A DNA stretch of 64,000 bases from Deltaproteobacteria bacterium (GCA_035352355.1 DAOPXM010000019.1:537-64536), one strand, 5' to 3'; shown: positions 36,186 to 46,190, counted from the stretch's first letter. Numbers and translations: made by a program. The notes: generated by a model not told the origin, from the letters alone.

Positions 36186-36560
36186 ATGTTTGAAAACAGG
36201 AGAAGGGCCGTCATAGTGGTGGTGAGCATCGTCATACCCTTTCTCGCAGGGTTTGTTCTGAGCTGGTATATCTGGGGGCGCGGTGGCGATAAGCCCGTGG
36301 ACTACAAGCAGGTCCTGCAGGAAACCATCTCTTACATCGGGACCCTGGAGGAAAAGAACAAGGCGCTGACCGGCCGGGTTGACAGCCTCGACGCCGAGCT
36401 GGCCGTCCTCAGGCAGAAGGGCCAGCAGACGGGCTCGCAGAGCGCGAGCACCATCACGGCGCTCAACCAGAAGGTGGGTGCCCTGGAGGCGGAAAACCAG
36501 AAGCTGAAAGGCCAGATCCAGTCCATGGCCCACGAGGCGAACACGACCTGTGTGCCCTAA
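36186..36560 (+). CDS. Hypothetical membrane-anchored coiled-coil protein
   Basis: 124 aa. One TM (VIVVVSIVIPFLAGFVLSWYIW), then heptad-like LEEKNKALTGRVDSLDAELAVLRQ...LEAENQKLKGQI. RBS GGGGAGG. Only the 3' part of track ORF 35151..36560. Confidence 0.5.
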   Translation: MFENRRRAVIVVVSIVIPFLAGFVLSWYIWGRGGDKPVDYKQVLQETISYIGTLEEKNKALTGRVDSLDAELAVLRQKGQQTGSQSASTITALNQKVGALEAENQKLKGQIQSMAHEANTTCVP

Positions 36561-36577
36561 GGCCTTTCACGAAGAGA

Positions 36578-38002
36578 TCAGGACCCGGCGACCTTGCTGA
36601 TGAAGATCTCGGCGAGCACGGGGTCGAACTGCCTGCCCTTGCACCTGTTGATCTCCCGGATGGCGTCCTCCACCGACATGCCCTTGCGGTAGGGCCTGTC
36701 CGATGTCATGGCGTCGAAGGAGTCCGCCAGCGTGATGATCCTCGAGAGGTAGGGGATCTCATTACCCTTCAGCCCCGAGGGATATCCTTTCCCGTCGTAG
36801 CGCTCGTGGTGGTGCCGGATGATCTCGGTCTCCTTGGACATGGGGGGCAGGGGCTTGAGGATGTCGGCGCCGATGTCCGGGTGCTTCTTGATGAAGTCGA
36901 ACTCCGCATCCGTGAGCTTGCCCTCCTTGAGCAGGATGTCGTCCGGGATCCCCACCTTGCCGATGTCGTGCAGCGACGCTGCGATGTAGAGCGTGTCCCT
37001 CTCGATGTCCGTGAGCTCGAGCGCGCTCGCCATGGACATGGAGAGCGTGGTGACCCGGGTGGAGTGCTGGGCCGTGTGCGGGTCACGGGCGTCCAGCGTC
37101 TTCGCGAGGCTGTTCAGGGTGGAGAGCATGTTCTCGTAGAGGCCTTCGTAGAGGGCGACGTTCTCCATCCGCTCGGCGGAGCGGTTCAGGAGATAGAGGA
37201 TCTTGCCTTCCTTCTCCTCCCCGAGGACCGCGGGTGAGATGACGTGCAGGGCGCCGAAGACCTGGCCTTCGATCATGAGGGGGAACACGGTCTCGAAGCG
37301 GTCCGTGAAGCGCGACTCGGTGCTGTTCTTCCGTACGATGTTCCCGTGGAGCAGGTCCGGATCGGTCTGGATCTCGCGGCCACTCGCGGTGTCCATGAGC
37401 TTGTTGTCCTTGCTGTTGAGCGGGAAGAACCGCACCTCGGCCTCGTCGAGGAGCTGCCTCGAGACGTCGATGATGGCGCTCACGAGGTCCCTGATCCCTT
37501 TGAGTCCGATGATCTTCTCGGATATCTCCTGCAGGGAGATGATTTCTTCGTTCTTGTCCTCGAGCTGGCCCACGAGGTTGTCGATGAGCCGGTGGAGGTG
37601 CAGGGTGTCGGAGAAGCGCCGGTTTTCCTCCAGCAGGGACTTCTCCCGCTTCATCTTGTTGAGCATGAGCTCTATCTGCTTGACCTTGAAGGGCTTTGAG
37701 ATGAAGTCTGACGCGCCGTACTTCATGGCGTCGATGGCGATCTCCAGCGATGCGTACCCCGTGATGACGATGATGGGCAGGGAGACGTCCCGGGCCTTGA
37801 TCCTCTTGATGAGTTCGAGGCCGCTCATGTTGGGCATCATGATGTCCGTGAACACGCACAGGTAGGGCCCCTTGTCCAGCAGGCCCACGGCGTCCAGCCC
37901 GTCGGCCGCCGTCTCGGAGGTGTAGCCGAGCTCCTCTATGAGGGCCGAGATGGTGCTGCGGATCCCCGGGTCATCGTCAACGATCAGTACCTTTTCGTGC
38001 AT
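36578..38002 (-). CDS. Response-regulator receiver fused to an HD-GYP c-di-GMP phosphodiesterase domain, with a central sensor-like region
   Basis: REC: VLIVDDDPGIR...TDIMMPNMSG...KP. HD-GYP: LHDIGKVGIPDDILLK...HHERYDGKGYPSGL. Its ATG overlaps the upstream gene's TGA (TGATG). Confidence 0.85.
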   Translation of the reverse strand: MHEKVLIVDDDPGIRSTISALIEELGYTSETAADGLDAVGLLDKGPYLCVFTDIMMPNMSGLELIKRIKARDVSLPIIVITGYASLEIAIDAMKYGASDFISKPFKVKQIELMLNKMKREKSLLEENRRFSDTLHLHRLIDNLVGQLEDKNEEIISLQEISEKIIGLKGIRDLVSAIIDVSRQLLDEAEVRFFPLNSKDNKLMDTASGREIQTDPDLLHGNIVRKNSTESRFTDRFETVFPLMIEGQVFGALHVISPAVLGEEKEGKILYLLNRSAERMENVALYEGLYENMLSTLNSLAKTLDARDPHTAQHSTRVTTLSMSMASALELTDIERDTLYIAASLHDIGKVGIPDDILLKEGKLTDAEFDFIKKHPDIGADILKPLPPMSKETEIIRHHHERYDGKGYPSGLKGNEIPYLSRIITLADSFDAMTSDRPYRKGMSVEDAIREINRCKGRQFDPVLAEIFISKVAGS

Positions 38003-38622
38003 CACACGATCCTTTTGAGGATTTTGCCTTTGAATTCCCCGAATTCTTTTTCGGAAATGAATCCGTCGGACCTTAATCTGCCGAGGTACTCGATGGCGCT
38101 CAAGGCCTTGTTCACGTCCACGCTCTCCTGGAAGAGGGCAAACGGCGGGATCGCAGCGACCTGTGCGTCCTGCGTCGCCGGCCCCCCTTCTTTGACAAGC
38201 CTTTCTGTGAGCACCCTCACCTGGTCCCTCAGTGCGTTCATTTCCCTCATCGTCTCCTGCCTCTGCCTCAGGCGCGTGATGACGAAACGGATCTCTTCGA
38301 TGTTGAAGGGCTTCTTGATGTAGGAGAAAGCCCCCCTGTTCACAGCCTCGATGGCGGAATCCAGCGACGCGTAGCCGGTGATGATGACCACCGGTATGTC
38401 CTTCTTCCGCGAATTCAGCTCGTCGAGCAGCTCCAGACCCGTCATGCCCGGAAGCATGAGATCTGAGATGATGATGTCGAAATCGTATCCTTCAAGGTGG
38501 GGAAGCAGCTCTTCTGCCTGCTCGTAACGGTTCGTTTCAACTCCCTCTTCCCTGAGAATCTGTTCAATGAGGTCCAGTATTCCCGCATCATCGTCGATGA
38601 TGGCTGCTCGCAAGCGATTCAT
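38002..38622 (-). CDS. Response-regulator receiver with a C-terminal SHOCT-like domain
   Basis: REC: AAIIDDDAGIL...SDLMLPGMTG...KKP. Coiled linker. C-terminus: LSAIEYLGRLRSDGFISEKEFGEFKGKIL. Confidence 0.8.
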   Translation of the reverse strand: MNRLRAAIIDDDAGILDLIEQILREEGVETNRYEQAEELLPHLEGYDFDIIISDLMLPGMTGLELLDELNSRKKDIPVVIITGYASLDSAIEAVNRGAFSYIKKPFNIEEIRFVITRLRQRQETMREMNALRDQVRVLTERLVKEGGPATQDAQVAAIPPFALFQESVDVNKALSAIEYLGRLRSDGFISEKEFGEFKGKILKRIV

Positions 38623-38716
38623 GCAGTGATTTATCGTATTCGCGGGGGAATTACTTTAGGAGAATGAGAGCCTATGGAAAAGTGTTCACATTTTCCGGAA
38701 GTATCCCGGGAAGCCG

Positions 38717-39742
38717 TTATCTGGACGCCCCGTTGCTCCTCCGGATGGCGTGGTTGTGCTCCTGGTAGGTCCGGGAGAAATAGTGCCTTCCGTTGCCCTG
38801 GGAGACGAAGAACAGGTAGCTCGTCCTGGCTGGCCACAGGGCCGCCTGGATGGACATCTTGTCCGGGCTGCAGATGGGACCCGGGGGGAGACCCTGGACC
38901 CGGTAGGTGTTGTATGGGGAATCGCGCCTGAGGTCTTCGGGCATGATCTTGCGCCTGAAGCCGTCGATCCCGTAGACCGCCGTGGGGTCTGACTGGAGCG
39001 GCATGTTCTGCTTCAGGCGGTTGTGGAACACCGAGGCGATGACAGGCTTCTCCGAAGGGTTCACGGCCTCCTTCTGGATGATGGACGCCAGGGTGATCAC
39101 CTCGGGCAGGCTCATGCCCAGCTCTTCGCAGCGCGCCTTGATGTCCTTCGGGCAGATATCGTTAAAGCGGCTCACCATCTTGGCCATGACCTCCAGCGAG
39201 GTCATGTGCGGGGCGAGGTAGTAGGTGTCCGGGTAGAGGAACCCCTCCATGGTGGGCGCGTCGATGCCGAAGAACTCGGTGGTGTCCTCGCTCGAGGCGA
39301 TCCTGACGAAGTCGGCCTTGCTCAGGAGCCCTGTCTCGGCAACGATGGCCCCCACGTCGTAGATGGTCGAGCCCTCCGGTATGGTGATCCGGTACTTCAG
39401 GGTCCTTCCCTTGAACAGGATGGAGATGATGTCGAAGGGGTAGTGCCTGCCCTCGAAGACGTACGAGCCTGCCTGGAGCCGCTTGACCTTGCCCGTGATG
39501 ACTGCCAGGGCCATGAACATGGTCTTGTCCGTGATGATCCCCTGCTCTTCGAGCTCCCGGGAGATCTGCCAGGCGCTCGTGCCGGGCTTGATGTCGATCA
39601 TCAGGGGCTTCGGCGGCGTCTTGGGCGTGATGATGAAGATGTACGTGTGGGTGACCACGATGACGAGGACGCAGACGAGCAGGATCATGACGCCGTTCGA
39701 GAGCTTCTTCATGAATGGCTTGTATATCGGCTTCTTCTTCAT
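38717..39742 (-). CDS. mltG: Endolytic murein transglycosylase MltG (YceG family)
   Basis: N-terminal TM; LASIIQKEAV catalytic region; NRLKQNMPLQSDPTAVYG. Confidence 0.9.
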   Translation of the reverse strand: MKKKPIYKPFMKKLSNGVMILLVCVLVIVVTHTYIFIITPKTPPKPLMIDIKPGTSAWQISRELEEQGIITDKTMFMALAVITGKVKRLQAGSYVFEGRHYPFDIISILFKGRTLKYRITIPEGSTIYDVGAIVAETGLLSKADFVRIASSEDTTEFFGIDAPTMEGFLYPDTYYLAPHMTSLEVMAKMVSRFNDICPKDIKARCEELGMSLPEVITLASIIQKEAVNPSEKPVIASVFHNRLKQNMPLQSDPTAVYGIDGFRRKIMPEDLRRDSPYNTYRVQGLPPGPICSPDKMSIQAALWPARTSYLFFVSQGNGRHYFSRTYQEHNHAIRRSNGASR

Positions 39743-40152
39743 GGCTGCCGTGCGTCCAGGTAGCTTTTGAGGATGATGCTCGCGGCGATCTTGTCCACGA
39801 CCTGCCTGCGTTTGGGTCCCTTTACCTTGAGGTGCATGAGCAGCTCGTGGGCCTCGGAGGTGGTGAGCCTCTCATCCCAGAGGTCCACAGGCAGACCCAG
39901 GGCCTGCCCCAGCTCCTGCGACCACTGCATGACCTTGTGCGCGCTTTCTCCCATGTCACCTTCCATATTGTAGGGGAGGCCTACCACGATCTTCTCCACC
40001 TGGTAGTCGCGGGCGATCTTTTTCAGGGACTCCATATGGGAGCCGTCTTCCCGTACGGGGATGATGTCCAGGGGATGGGCCATGGTGCACGACGGGTCGC
40101 TGATGGCCACCCCGATCCGTTTCGTCCCGTAGTCGATTCCCATTATCCGCAT
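39739..40152 (-). CDS. ruvX: YqgF/RuvX putative pre-16S rRNA nuclease / Holliday-junction-resolvase-like
   Basis: MRIMGIDYGTKRIGVAISD; about 137 aa; ...DERLTTSEA. Confidence 0.85.
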   Translation of the reverse strand: MRIMGIDYGTKRIGVAISDPSCTMAHPLDIIPVREDGSHMESLKKIARDYQVEKIVVGLPYNMEGDMGESAHKVMQWSQELGQALGLPVDLWDERLTTSEAHELLMHLKVKGPKRRQVVDKIAASIILKSYLDARQP

Positions 40153-40312
40153 AGCACAATCGTCAATGCATCTGCTTACAGGGGCCATCCGGCGGCTGCG
40201 CGGAGGGATGTTTGCTCGGCCCCCCGGAAGCAGCAGGCCCTCGGGACTTCCCTCGCGTCTACATATATAAATAGGGAAACCGGCAGGTTTGGCAATGTAA
40301 GGGGTATTCCGC

Positions 40313-41242
40313 CTATTTCCAGTGGAACTCCTTCACCTCGACCTTGAACGAGGTACCCTCCCTGGCGGGTTTCCCGAAAAAGAACACAACGAACGGGATA
40401 TCCGGGGAGGTTTCCAGCACTCCCAAGGTCCTCGGCTCGGCCGTGAGCAGGAGGTCGATGTCCGAGCTTTTCTGCATCAGCTCCGAGGACTTGGGGACGA
40501 CGCCGGCATAAGTGCTCCGGCTCTCCATGAGCGCTCCGGCCGGGTCATACACCCGCGCCTCCACCAGGACCGATTTCAGGGGTTTGGAGGTGAGCTTCTT
40601 GATGACGCCCTTGATCACGAGCAGTGCCCCGCCGCTTTTGTCGGTGAGGATCTCGTAGGTGACGCTGTCATCCGGGATGGAGAAGAAGGGGCCCCGTTCG
40701 AGGACAGGAGTTTCGAGCTCCGCTGCCTGCCTGTTGAGCGAGGGCAGAAGAACCTTTGCGGCAAAGATGCCCGCGCCCAGCAGCACGATGACGGTGCATG
40801 CAATGGCGACCTTTGCCTTCAGAGGCATGCGCCTGGACGTGACCAGCTCGGGCTGGCCGTCTTCGTCGCCGGACACCACCCCCTGGTCCGAGCCGAGGAT
40901 GGAATCGATCTCCCGGATGACGGACTCGGGCTGGACCTCGTCCTCCTCCTTGGGCTCCACTTCCTGCGGCGTCTCCTGCCCTTCCCCGGACTCGGCGATC
41001 TCCTGGGGCATGTCCTCGTTCAGACTCCTGGTGATCTCATCCTGAAGGGGCTTTTCCTGGAGCTCGCTGTCGTTCGTCCCGATGAGCAGGTCGAAGTCGT
41101 TCTCGAGGCTCGATTTCTCGGCAGGGGAATAGGTGAAGACGTGTGAGCAGACGCTGCAGCGCATCTTGATGGTGTCCCTGGCGAAGACATCCTTCTGGAT
41201 CTTGAACTTGCTGCCGCATTTGGGGCACTCGATGACTGTCAA
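40313..41242 (-). CDS. MJ0042-type zinc-ribbon protein with a DUF3426-like C-terminal domain
   Basis: IECPKCGSKFKIQKD...MRCSVCSHVF zinc ribbon, acidic linker, one TM, beta-rich C-terminus. Confidence 0.7.
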   Translation of the reverse strand: MTVIECPKCGSKFKIQKDVFARDTIKMRCSVCSHVFTYSPAEKSSLENDFDLLIGTNDSELQEKPLQDEITRSLNEDMPQEIAESGEGQETPQEVEPKEEDEVQPESVIREIDSILGSDQGVVSGDEDGQPELVTSRRMPLKAKVAIACTVIVLLGAGIFAAKVLLPSLNRQAAELETPVLERGPFFSIPDDSVTYEILTDKSGGALLVIKGVIKKLTSKPLKSVLVEARVYDPAGALMESRSTYAGVVPKSSELMQKSSDIDLLLTAEPRTLGVLETSPDIPFVVFFFGKPAREGTSFKVEVKEFHWK

Positions 41243-41254
41243 GGATTATCCCTC

Positions 41255-41779
41255 CTATCGCTGGCTGTCTGCTGGCTCGAAAATGTAGATGTCCGGCAAT
41301 GTCCTGAAGTCTTCGGCATAGTCAAGTCCGTATCCCACGACGAACCCGTCTTCGATCCTGAAGCCGTAGTAATCGGGCTCTATGGGCTTACCCCTGCGGC
41401 AGGTCTTGTCGATCATGGTGCAGATCCTCACCGAAGCGGGTTTCCTGGACTCGAGGTGCTTTTTGAAGGCGATGAGGCTGTGGCCCGTGTCCATGATGTC
41501 GTCCACGATGAGCACGTGCCTGCCGGCAATGGGGCAGTCGAGGTCGCTCAAGATCTTGACTTCTCCCTGGGGACTGTCCGAGCAGCCGTAGCTCGAGAGG
41601 CGCACGAACTCGATCTTGAGGGGAAGGTCCACGCTGCGCACGAGATCGGAGGCAAACATGAAGCCGCCCTTGAGTATTGCGATGACGAGCAGGTCTTTCC
41701 CCTGGTATTCGGACGCTATCCTTTTCCCCAGCTCCTGGACTCTGCGGGTGATCTCGCTGGCAGGAAACAACACCTTCAT
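41255..41779 (-). CDS. hpt: Hypoxanthine phosphoribosyltransferase
   Basis: 174 aa. PRPP loop VLIVDDIMDTGHSL; GYGLDY. Confidence 0.9.
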   Translation of the reverse strand: MKVLFPASEITRRVQELGKRIASEYQGKDLLVIAILKGGFMFASDLVRSVDLPLKIEFVRLSSYGCSDSPQGEVKILSDLDCPIAGRHVLIVDDIMDTGHSLIAFKKHLESRKPASVRICTMIDKTCRRGKPIEPDYYGFRIEDGFVVGYGLDYAEDFRTLPDIYIFEPADSQR

Positions 41780-41927
41780 GGATTGGTCATATATCCTATT
41801 GACACAGGGGTGTCAACGCAGTGTTAGGGAGGGCGGAGCTTCCATCTTTCCATGAAATCATACAATTAAGTCGTTCATTTCCCGAAGGGCGACCGGCTGG
41901 CTTCAGGAATTTTCGGTGTACAGATGC

Positions 41928-41956
41928 TTGCATATACTGATTGCTTTGATTATATT
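41928..41956 (+). promoter_or_regulatory. Candidate sigma70 promoter upstream of the PilZ gene
   Basis: TTGCAT-N17-TATATT in an AT-rich intergenic region, about 80 nt upstream of ATG 42038. Confidence 0.35.
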
Positions 41957-42037
41957 GGTACGTATTTTATGAGAATCAGTTGATTTTCCCTTGGGGATTC
42001 GGGTAAGTTTTATCCAGGGATGAGGAGGGTTCATCCG

Positions 42038-42349
42038 ATGGAAGAGCAGAGGTCATCGAAACGGGTCAAGGTGAATATCAGGGTCGCGTACCGCGATGAC
42101 GGATATGCCTACAAGATCGGCAGGGTGAGCAACATCAGCAGGTCAGGCGCCTTCATCGTCACCGAAACCCCACCCAACGACGTCAATGAATATCTCACTG
42201 CCAGCCTCGATGTGGACGATCTGGGCAAGATCGTCTGGATCCAGGGGCGCGTGATCCGGAAAACGAAGAATGGGATGGGGGTGGTGTTCACCCGCACCGA
42301 CGCCAAGGGGCTGGATCTCTACCTGTCGTATCTGGGGGTCGCCTTCTGA
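42038..42349 (+). CDS. Single-domain PilZ c-di-GMP receptor
   Basis: RSSKR (RxxxR) and NISRSG (D/NxSxxG) motifs are intact. AGGAGG RBS 9 nt before ATG 42038. Confidence 0.8.
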   Translation: MEEQRSSKRVKVNIRVAYRDDGYAYKIGRVSNISRSGAFIVTETPPNDVNEYLTASLDVDDLGKIVWIQGRVIRKTKNGMGVVFTRTDAKGLDLYLSYLGVAF

Positions 42350-42436
42350 GGCGTGAAACGCGTTTTGGTGTGCTGAAAGAAAAGGTCCCTCCCGCTGGCG
42401 CGGGAGGGACCTTGCCGTTTCCTGATCCGTTCGGGG

Positions 42437-43432
42437 CTACTTGGCCCCGGCGATGGTAAGATCCCTCTTGATGGGCACCAGGGACTCCGTAACCAGGGCG
42501 AGGCAGGAGTTGTCGAGCGCCTGGAGGACCAGTGCATTCCCCTGGTAGTCGCGTATCGTGTCCTTTTCCCCGTATCCTTCCACGGTGAGCTCCTTGTAGA
42601 TCGACACGATGGCGCCCGCGTCCACGCCGTCCTGCTTGCCGACGCTCAGGAAGATGAGGTCGAGGTAGGAGCTCCCGTGCACGGTCCCGCCGTAGAGGTC
42701 GATCACCTTGCCGTCCTCCTTGAGGGACGGGACATACAGATTGACCGTCATGGGCTCGATGGCCTTGACGTCGTCGAATATGAGGTCGCCCACCCGGATC
42801 TCCTGGCTGGAGTCCACCACGGTGGCCTGGTACAGGTTGCCCTGGGACTGCTCAACCTTTGCGAAGCCTATTGCCTTGTAGAGGTAGCCCTTGATCTCCC
42901 CGTTGTCCTTTGCCTCGGTGATCTTGGTCACGATGGTCACGTACCTGCCCGGAACGAGCCCTGACTTCGACTTGATGAGGATGCCCTCCTCCCGCGAGAT
43001 CAGTTCGCCCTGCTCCACCTTGTGACCCACGATGCCCGAGCCGGTCATGGGGCTGGGGCTGTAGATGTACGTGGAGTATTGCCGGGAGACCACGAAGGTC
43101 TTGTCCTTGACGCCGGCCGCAGCCTGGGGCGAGTACGCGACGGGGTCGCCGCTTTTCGCCGGGATGACGGTGATGGTGGTCTTGCCGCCTCTGGTGGAGA
43201 TGACCACCCGGTCACCGGGGAAGATGAGGTGAGGGTTCGTGATGTCCTGGTTGTTCGCCCAGACGACCGGCCACTTCCAGGGATTGGACAGATAGCCCCT
43301 GGTGATGTCCCAGAGGGTGTCTCCCTTTTTGACGATGTGGACGGTATCCTGGGTGGTATCTTGTGCCCATGCGGACGTCAGTGCACAGAGGACGAAAAGC
43401 AGTCCGATACAGAGAGAGGTTATCCTTTTCAA
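42437..43432 (-). CDS. Secreted LysM-domain protein
   Basis: LysM: HIVKKGDTLWDITRGYLSNPWKWPVVWANNQDITNPHLIFPGDRV. Signal peptide KRITSLCIGLLFVLCALTSAWA. Start moved to TTG 43432 (or GTG 43435) behind AAGGAGG, because the track ATG lies inside the predicted -10 box. Confidence 0.8.
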   Translation of the reverse strand: MKRITSLCIGLLFVLCALTSAWAQDTTQDTVHIVKKGDTLWDITRGYLSNPWKWPVVWANNQDITNPHLIFPGDRVVISTRGGKTTITVIPAKSGDPVAYSPQAAAGVKDKTFVVSRQYSTYIYSPSPMTGSGIVGHKVEQGELISREEGILIKSKSGLVPGRYVTIVTKITEAKDNGEIKGYLYKAIGFAKVEQSQGNLYQATVVDSSQEIRVGDLIFDDVKAIEPMTVNLYVPSLKEDGKVIDLYGGTVHGSSYLDLIFLSVGKQDGVDAGAIVSIYKELTVEGYGEKDTIRDYQGNALVLQALDNSCLALVTESLVPIKRDLTIAGAK

Positions 43433-43454
43433 CACAAACCCTCCTTGGAGCGTC

Positions 43455-43484
43455 ATTATTTGAAAGATCTATCGGCTCTGTCAA
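43455..43484 (-). promoter_or_regulatory. Candidate sigma70 promoter of the LysM gene
   Basis: Minus strand reads TTGACA-N18-AATAAT, immediately upstream of the AAGGAGG RBS. Confidence 0.45.
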
Positions 43485-43542
43485 GGTTATTCTTGAGAGA
43501 TACATGGTTGCATCGGGAATGTCTTTACTATACATAACCGGT

Positions 43543-43968
43543 ATGGCATCGAAAAGCACCTACCATGCAGCGCACGTCTTCGTTGCCGGGGTCAGGGTCT
43601 TCGAGCATCTCAACCGTCGGCCCCCCACCCTGAAGGACCTCTCCGAGCTCCTGAAGATGTCCGAGGAAGAGCTCTCGCTCCTGTCGAGGAAGCTCGTGGA
43701 CCAGGGCATCGTTACCGAGATCATCTCAGGGGCCGAGTGCCGCTACGGCGTGGGGGACTTCACGAAGATCGAGTCCCTGCCGAAGGAAGGGGAGACCCCC
43801 CGCATGGTGGACGAGATCTCCCAGTTCCAGAGCCGCCAGCAGTCGCGGCTCAAGGAGCTCGAGAAGTCGCTGTCCGGAGGTGGAGAGAAACAGAAGGTGT
43901 TCAGTGAGCTGGAAAAGGCGCTGAAGGATCCGTCCAGCCTCCAGAAAAAGAAAAACCCGCTGGACTAG
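43543..43968 (+). CDS. Hypothetical protein (possible winged-helix N-terminus, charged C-terminal tail)
   Basis: 141 aa from MASKSTYHAAHVF. PTLKDLSELLKMSEEELSLLSRKLVDQGIV looks HTH-like. No family assigned. Confidence 0.55.
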   Translation: MASKSTYHAAHVFVAGVRVFEHLNRRPPTLKDLSELLKMSEEELSLLSRKLVDQGIVTEIISGAECRYGVGDFTKIESLPKEGETPRMVDEISQFQSRQQSRLKELEKSLSGGGEKQKVFSELEKALKDPSSLQKKKNPLD

Positions 43969-44197
43969 GACCGCCCCGCTCCTGAAGGACTATACGGGAG
44001 CAAAACAGCTCCATTGAGCGAAAAACCGCTCCTTGCGCACGCCAGGCCTGCAATGCGCCCCGGATTCACCCGTCTGAAGGATATTTTTCGGCCCGTTCAC
44101 CGCCATTAAGGGCTTGTGTTTTGTATATCTATATTGTATAGGATGCCAACTTATCATTAAACAGGAATAAGGAACGACGGATAGGGGGAATGGAACT

Positions 44198-45985
44198 ATG
44201 GATAATCTCGAAGAAACCAAAACAAACCAAATTGATCAGAGCATCAAGGAGGAAAACACGGAGAGCACGGCAGCTCAGGACGAGGCGGTAGATTTCGCCA
44301 AAAGTATGGATCTGGAAGCTCTCTATGAAGAAACGATTGACAAGCGTGTGACCACAGGATCCGTGGTAACAGGCACGGTCGTCCAGGTGGGAACCGAACA
44401 TATCATGATCGATATCGGCAGGAAGATGGAAGGGCAGGCCTCGATCCGCGAGTTCATCGACGACAGCGGCAGCCTGACCATCGGGGTCGGCGACGAGGTC
44501 GAGGTGCTCGTGGAGAGCATCAACCCTTCGAAGGGCGTCATCAGGCTCTCGAAGGACAAGGCCCGCCGTCTCAAGGTATGGGACGACATCATCGTCGCGT
44601 ATCAGGATCATACCTTCATCAAGGGGAAGGTGACCGAACGGATCAAGGGCGGTCTCACCGTGGATATCGGTGTACCTGCCTTCCTCCCCACCTCCCAGGC
44701 AACGCTCAACCCGGTTGCCGAGACCGAGCTGGAGAAGATGGTCGGCCAGACGATCGAGGTGTCGGTCATCAAGTTCAACCGCAAGAAGAACAACGTGGTG
44801 GTGAGCCACCGGGAAGTTCTCGAGCGCAAGCGCGAAGAAAACAAGAAGAAGCTCATCGCCACCCTGAAGAAGGACGACGTGGTCATGGGCACGGTCAAGA
44901 ACATCATGGCCTACGGCGCGTTTGTGGACATCGGAGGGATCGACGGTCTGCTCCACATCACGGACATGTCATGGGGCAAGCTGAAGGACCCCAAGGAGAA
45001 GGTGGCCCCCGGCGATCAGATCCAGGTCAAGGTCATCGAGTTCGATCCCGAGACCGAGAAGATCTCGCTGGGCCTCAAGCAGCTCACTCCCGACCCCTGG
45101 AAGGGTCTGGAATACCGCTACCCCATCGGGAAGAAGATCTCCGGCAAGGTAACCTCCATCACCAACTACGGAGCCTTCGTGGAGATCGAGGAAGGGGTCG
45201 AGGGCCTGGTGCACATCTCCGAGATGTTCTGGACCAAGCGGATGCGGCATCCTTCCACCATCCTCGAGGAGGGACAGGAAGTGAACGTCGTGGTCCTGGG
45301 CGTCGACCAGGAAAACAGGAGGATCTCGCTCGGTCTGAAGCAGGCCTCCCCGAATCCCTGGGACCTGCTCTACGACTACTATCCTCCGGGGACCGTGGTG
45401 AACGCCACCGTGAAGAACGTCACGGACTTCGGGCTGTTCGTATCGGTGGACGAAAGCATCGACATCGACGGTCTCATCCACGTGTCGGACCTCACCTGGG
45501 ATCCCAAGGTGAAGAATCCGCGCGAGCTCTACAAGAAGGGCGACGTGGTCCAGGCCAAGGTGCTTGCCGTTGACCCGGACAACGAGAAGTTCTCGCTGGG
45601 CATCAAGTACCTGAGCCCGGATCCCTGGCAGCAGGTTGCCAACGAGCACCCGGTGGGAACCATCGTGAAGGGCAGGGTCACCTCGCTCACCGATTTCGGC
45701 GCCTTCGTCGAGATCAGGGAAGGGGTCGAAGGCATGATCCACATCTCCGAGGTGAGCAGCGGCAAGATCGAAAACCTTGCGAGCGTGCTTTCCGTCGGCC
45801 AGGAGGTGGAGGCCATGATCCTGCGCCTGAACCCGGAGCAGAAGAAGATCGGACTTTCCATCAAGGCCATCGAAGAGGCCCAGGAAAGGAAGACCATGGC
45901 GACCCACGAGACCAAGGGCTCCGAAAAGGTGGGCACCAACCTGGGCGACCTCCTCAAGGGCCTGCAGGACAGAAACAAGGGTTGA
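44198..45985 (+). CDS. rpsA: 30S ribosomal protein S1
   Basis: 595 aa, six S1 repeats (for example G.V..I..YGAFV.I..G..GL.HIS). Confidence 0.95.
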   Translation: MDNLEETKTNQIDQSIKEENTESTAAQDEAVDFAKSMDLEALYEETIDKRVTTGSVVTGTVVQVGTEHIMIDIGRKMEGQASIREFIDDSGSLTIGVGDEVEVLVESINPSKGVIRLSKDKARRLKVWDDIIVAYQDHTFIKGKVTERIKGGLTVDIGVPAFLPTSQATLNPVAETELEKMVGQTIEVSVIKFNRKKNNVVVSHREVLERKREENKKKLIATLKKDDVVMGTVKNIMAYGAFVDIGGIDGLLHITDMSWGKLKDPKEKVAPGDQIQVKVIEFDPETEKISLGLKQLTPDPWKGLEYRYPIGKKISGKVTSITNYGAFVEIEEGVEGLVHISEMFWTKRMRHPSTILEEGQEVNVVVLGVDQENRRISLGLKQASPNPWDLLYDYYPPGTVVNATVKNVTDFGLFVSVDESIDIDGLIHVSDLTWDPKVKNPRELYKKGDVVQAKVLAVDPDNEKFSLGIKYLSPDPWQQVANEHPVGTIVKGRVTSLTDFGAFVEIREGVEGMIHISEVSSGKIENLASVLSVGQEVEAMILRLNPEQKKIGLSIKAIEEAQERKTMATHETKGSEKVGTNLGDLLKGLQDRNKG

Positions 45986-46050
45986 TGCCCATGCGGTCTC
46001 CAAACCGGAACCGGTCCATGGAGGCAGGCAGCCAGGTTTGAAGCCAAGGG

Positions 46051-46087
46051 GCGCCCTGATCCGGCAAGGATCAGGGCGCTTTTATTA
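46051..46087 (+). terminator. Rho-independent terminator of rpsA
   Basis: 12-bp stem GCGCCCTGATCC/GGATCAGGGCGC, 5-nt loop, followed by TTTTATTA. Confidence 0.7.
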
Positions 46088-46190
46088 TCCCGGGTGCACG
46101 GGCCCGGGGACAGAGTTTTTTTAACTTGCGTGTCATCTTAGTGTCGGGTAATCATTGGCTCACTGAAGGGACCGGGACCATCGCACCAAC

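Noticed and set aside
43478-43485. GCCGATAG (minus strand) resembling a sigma28 -10 box upstream of the LysM gene
   Set aside because: No TAAA -35 element at 15 nt (TCAA at 16 nt only). The same region is better explained by a sigma70 promoter, TTGACA-N18-AATAAT.
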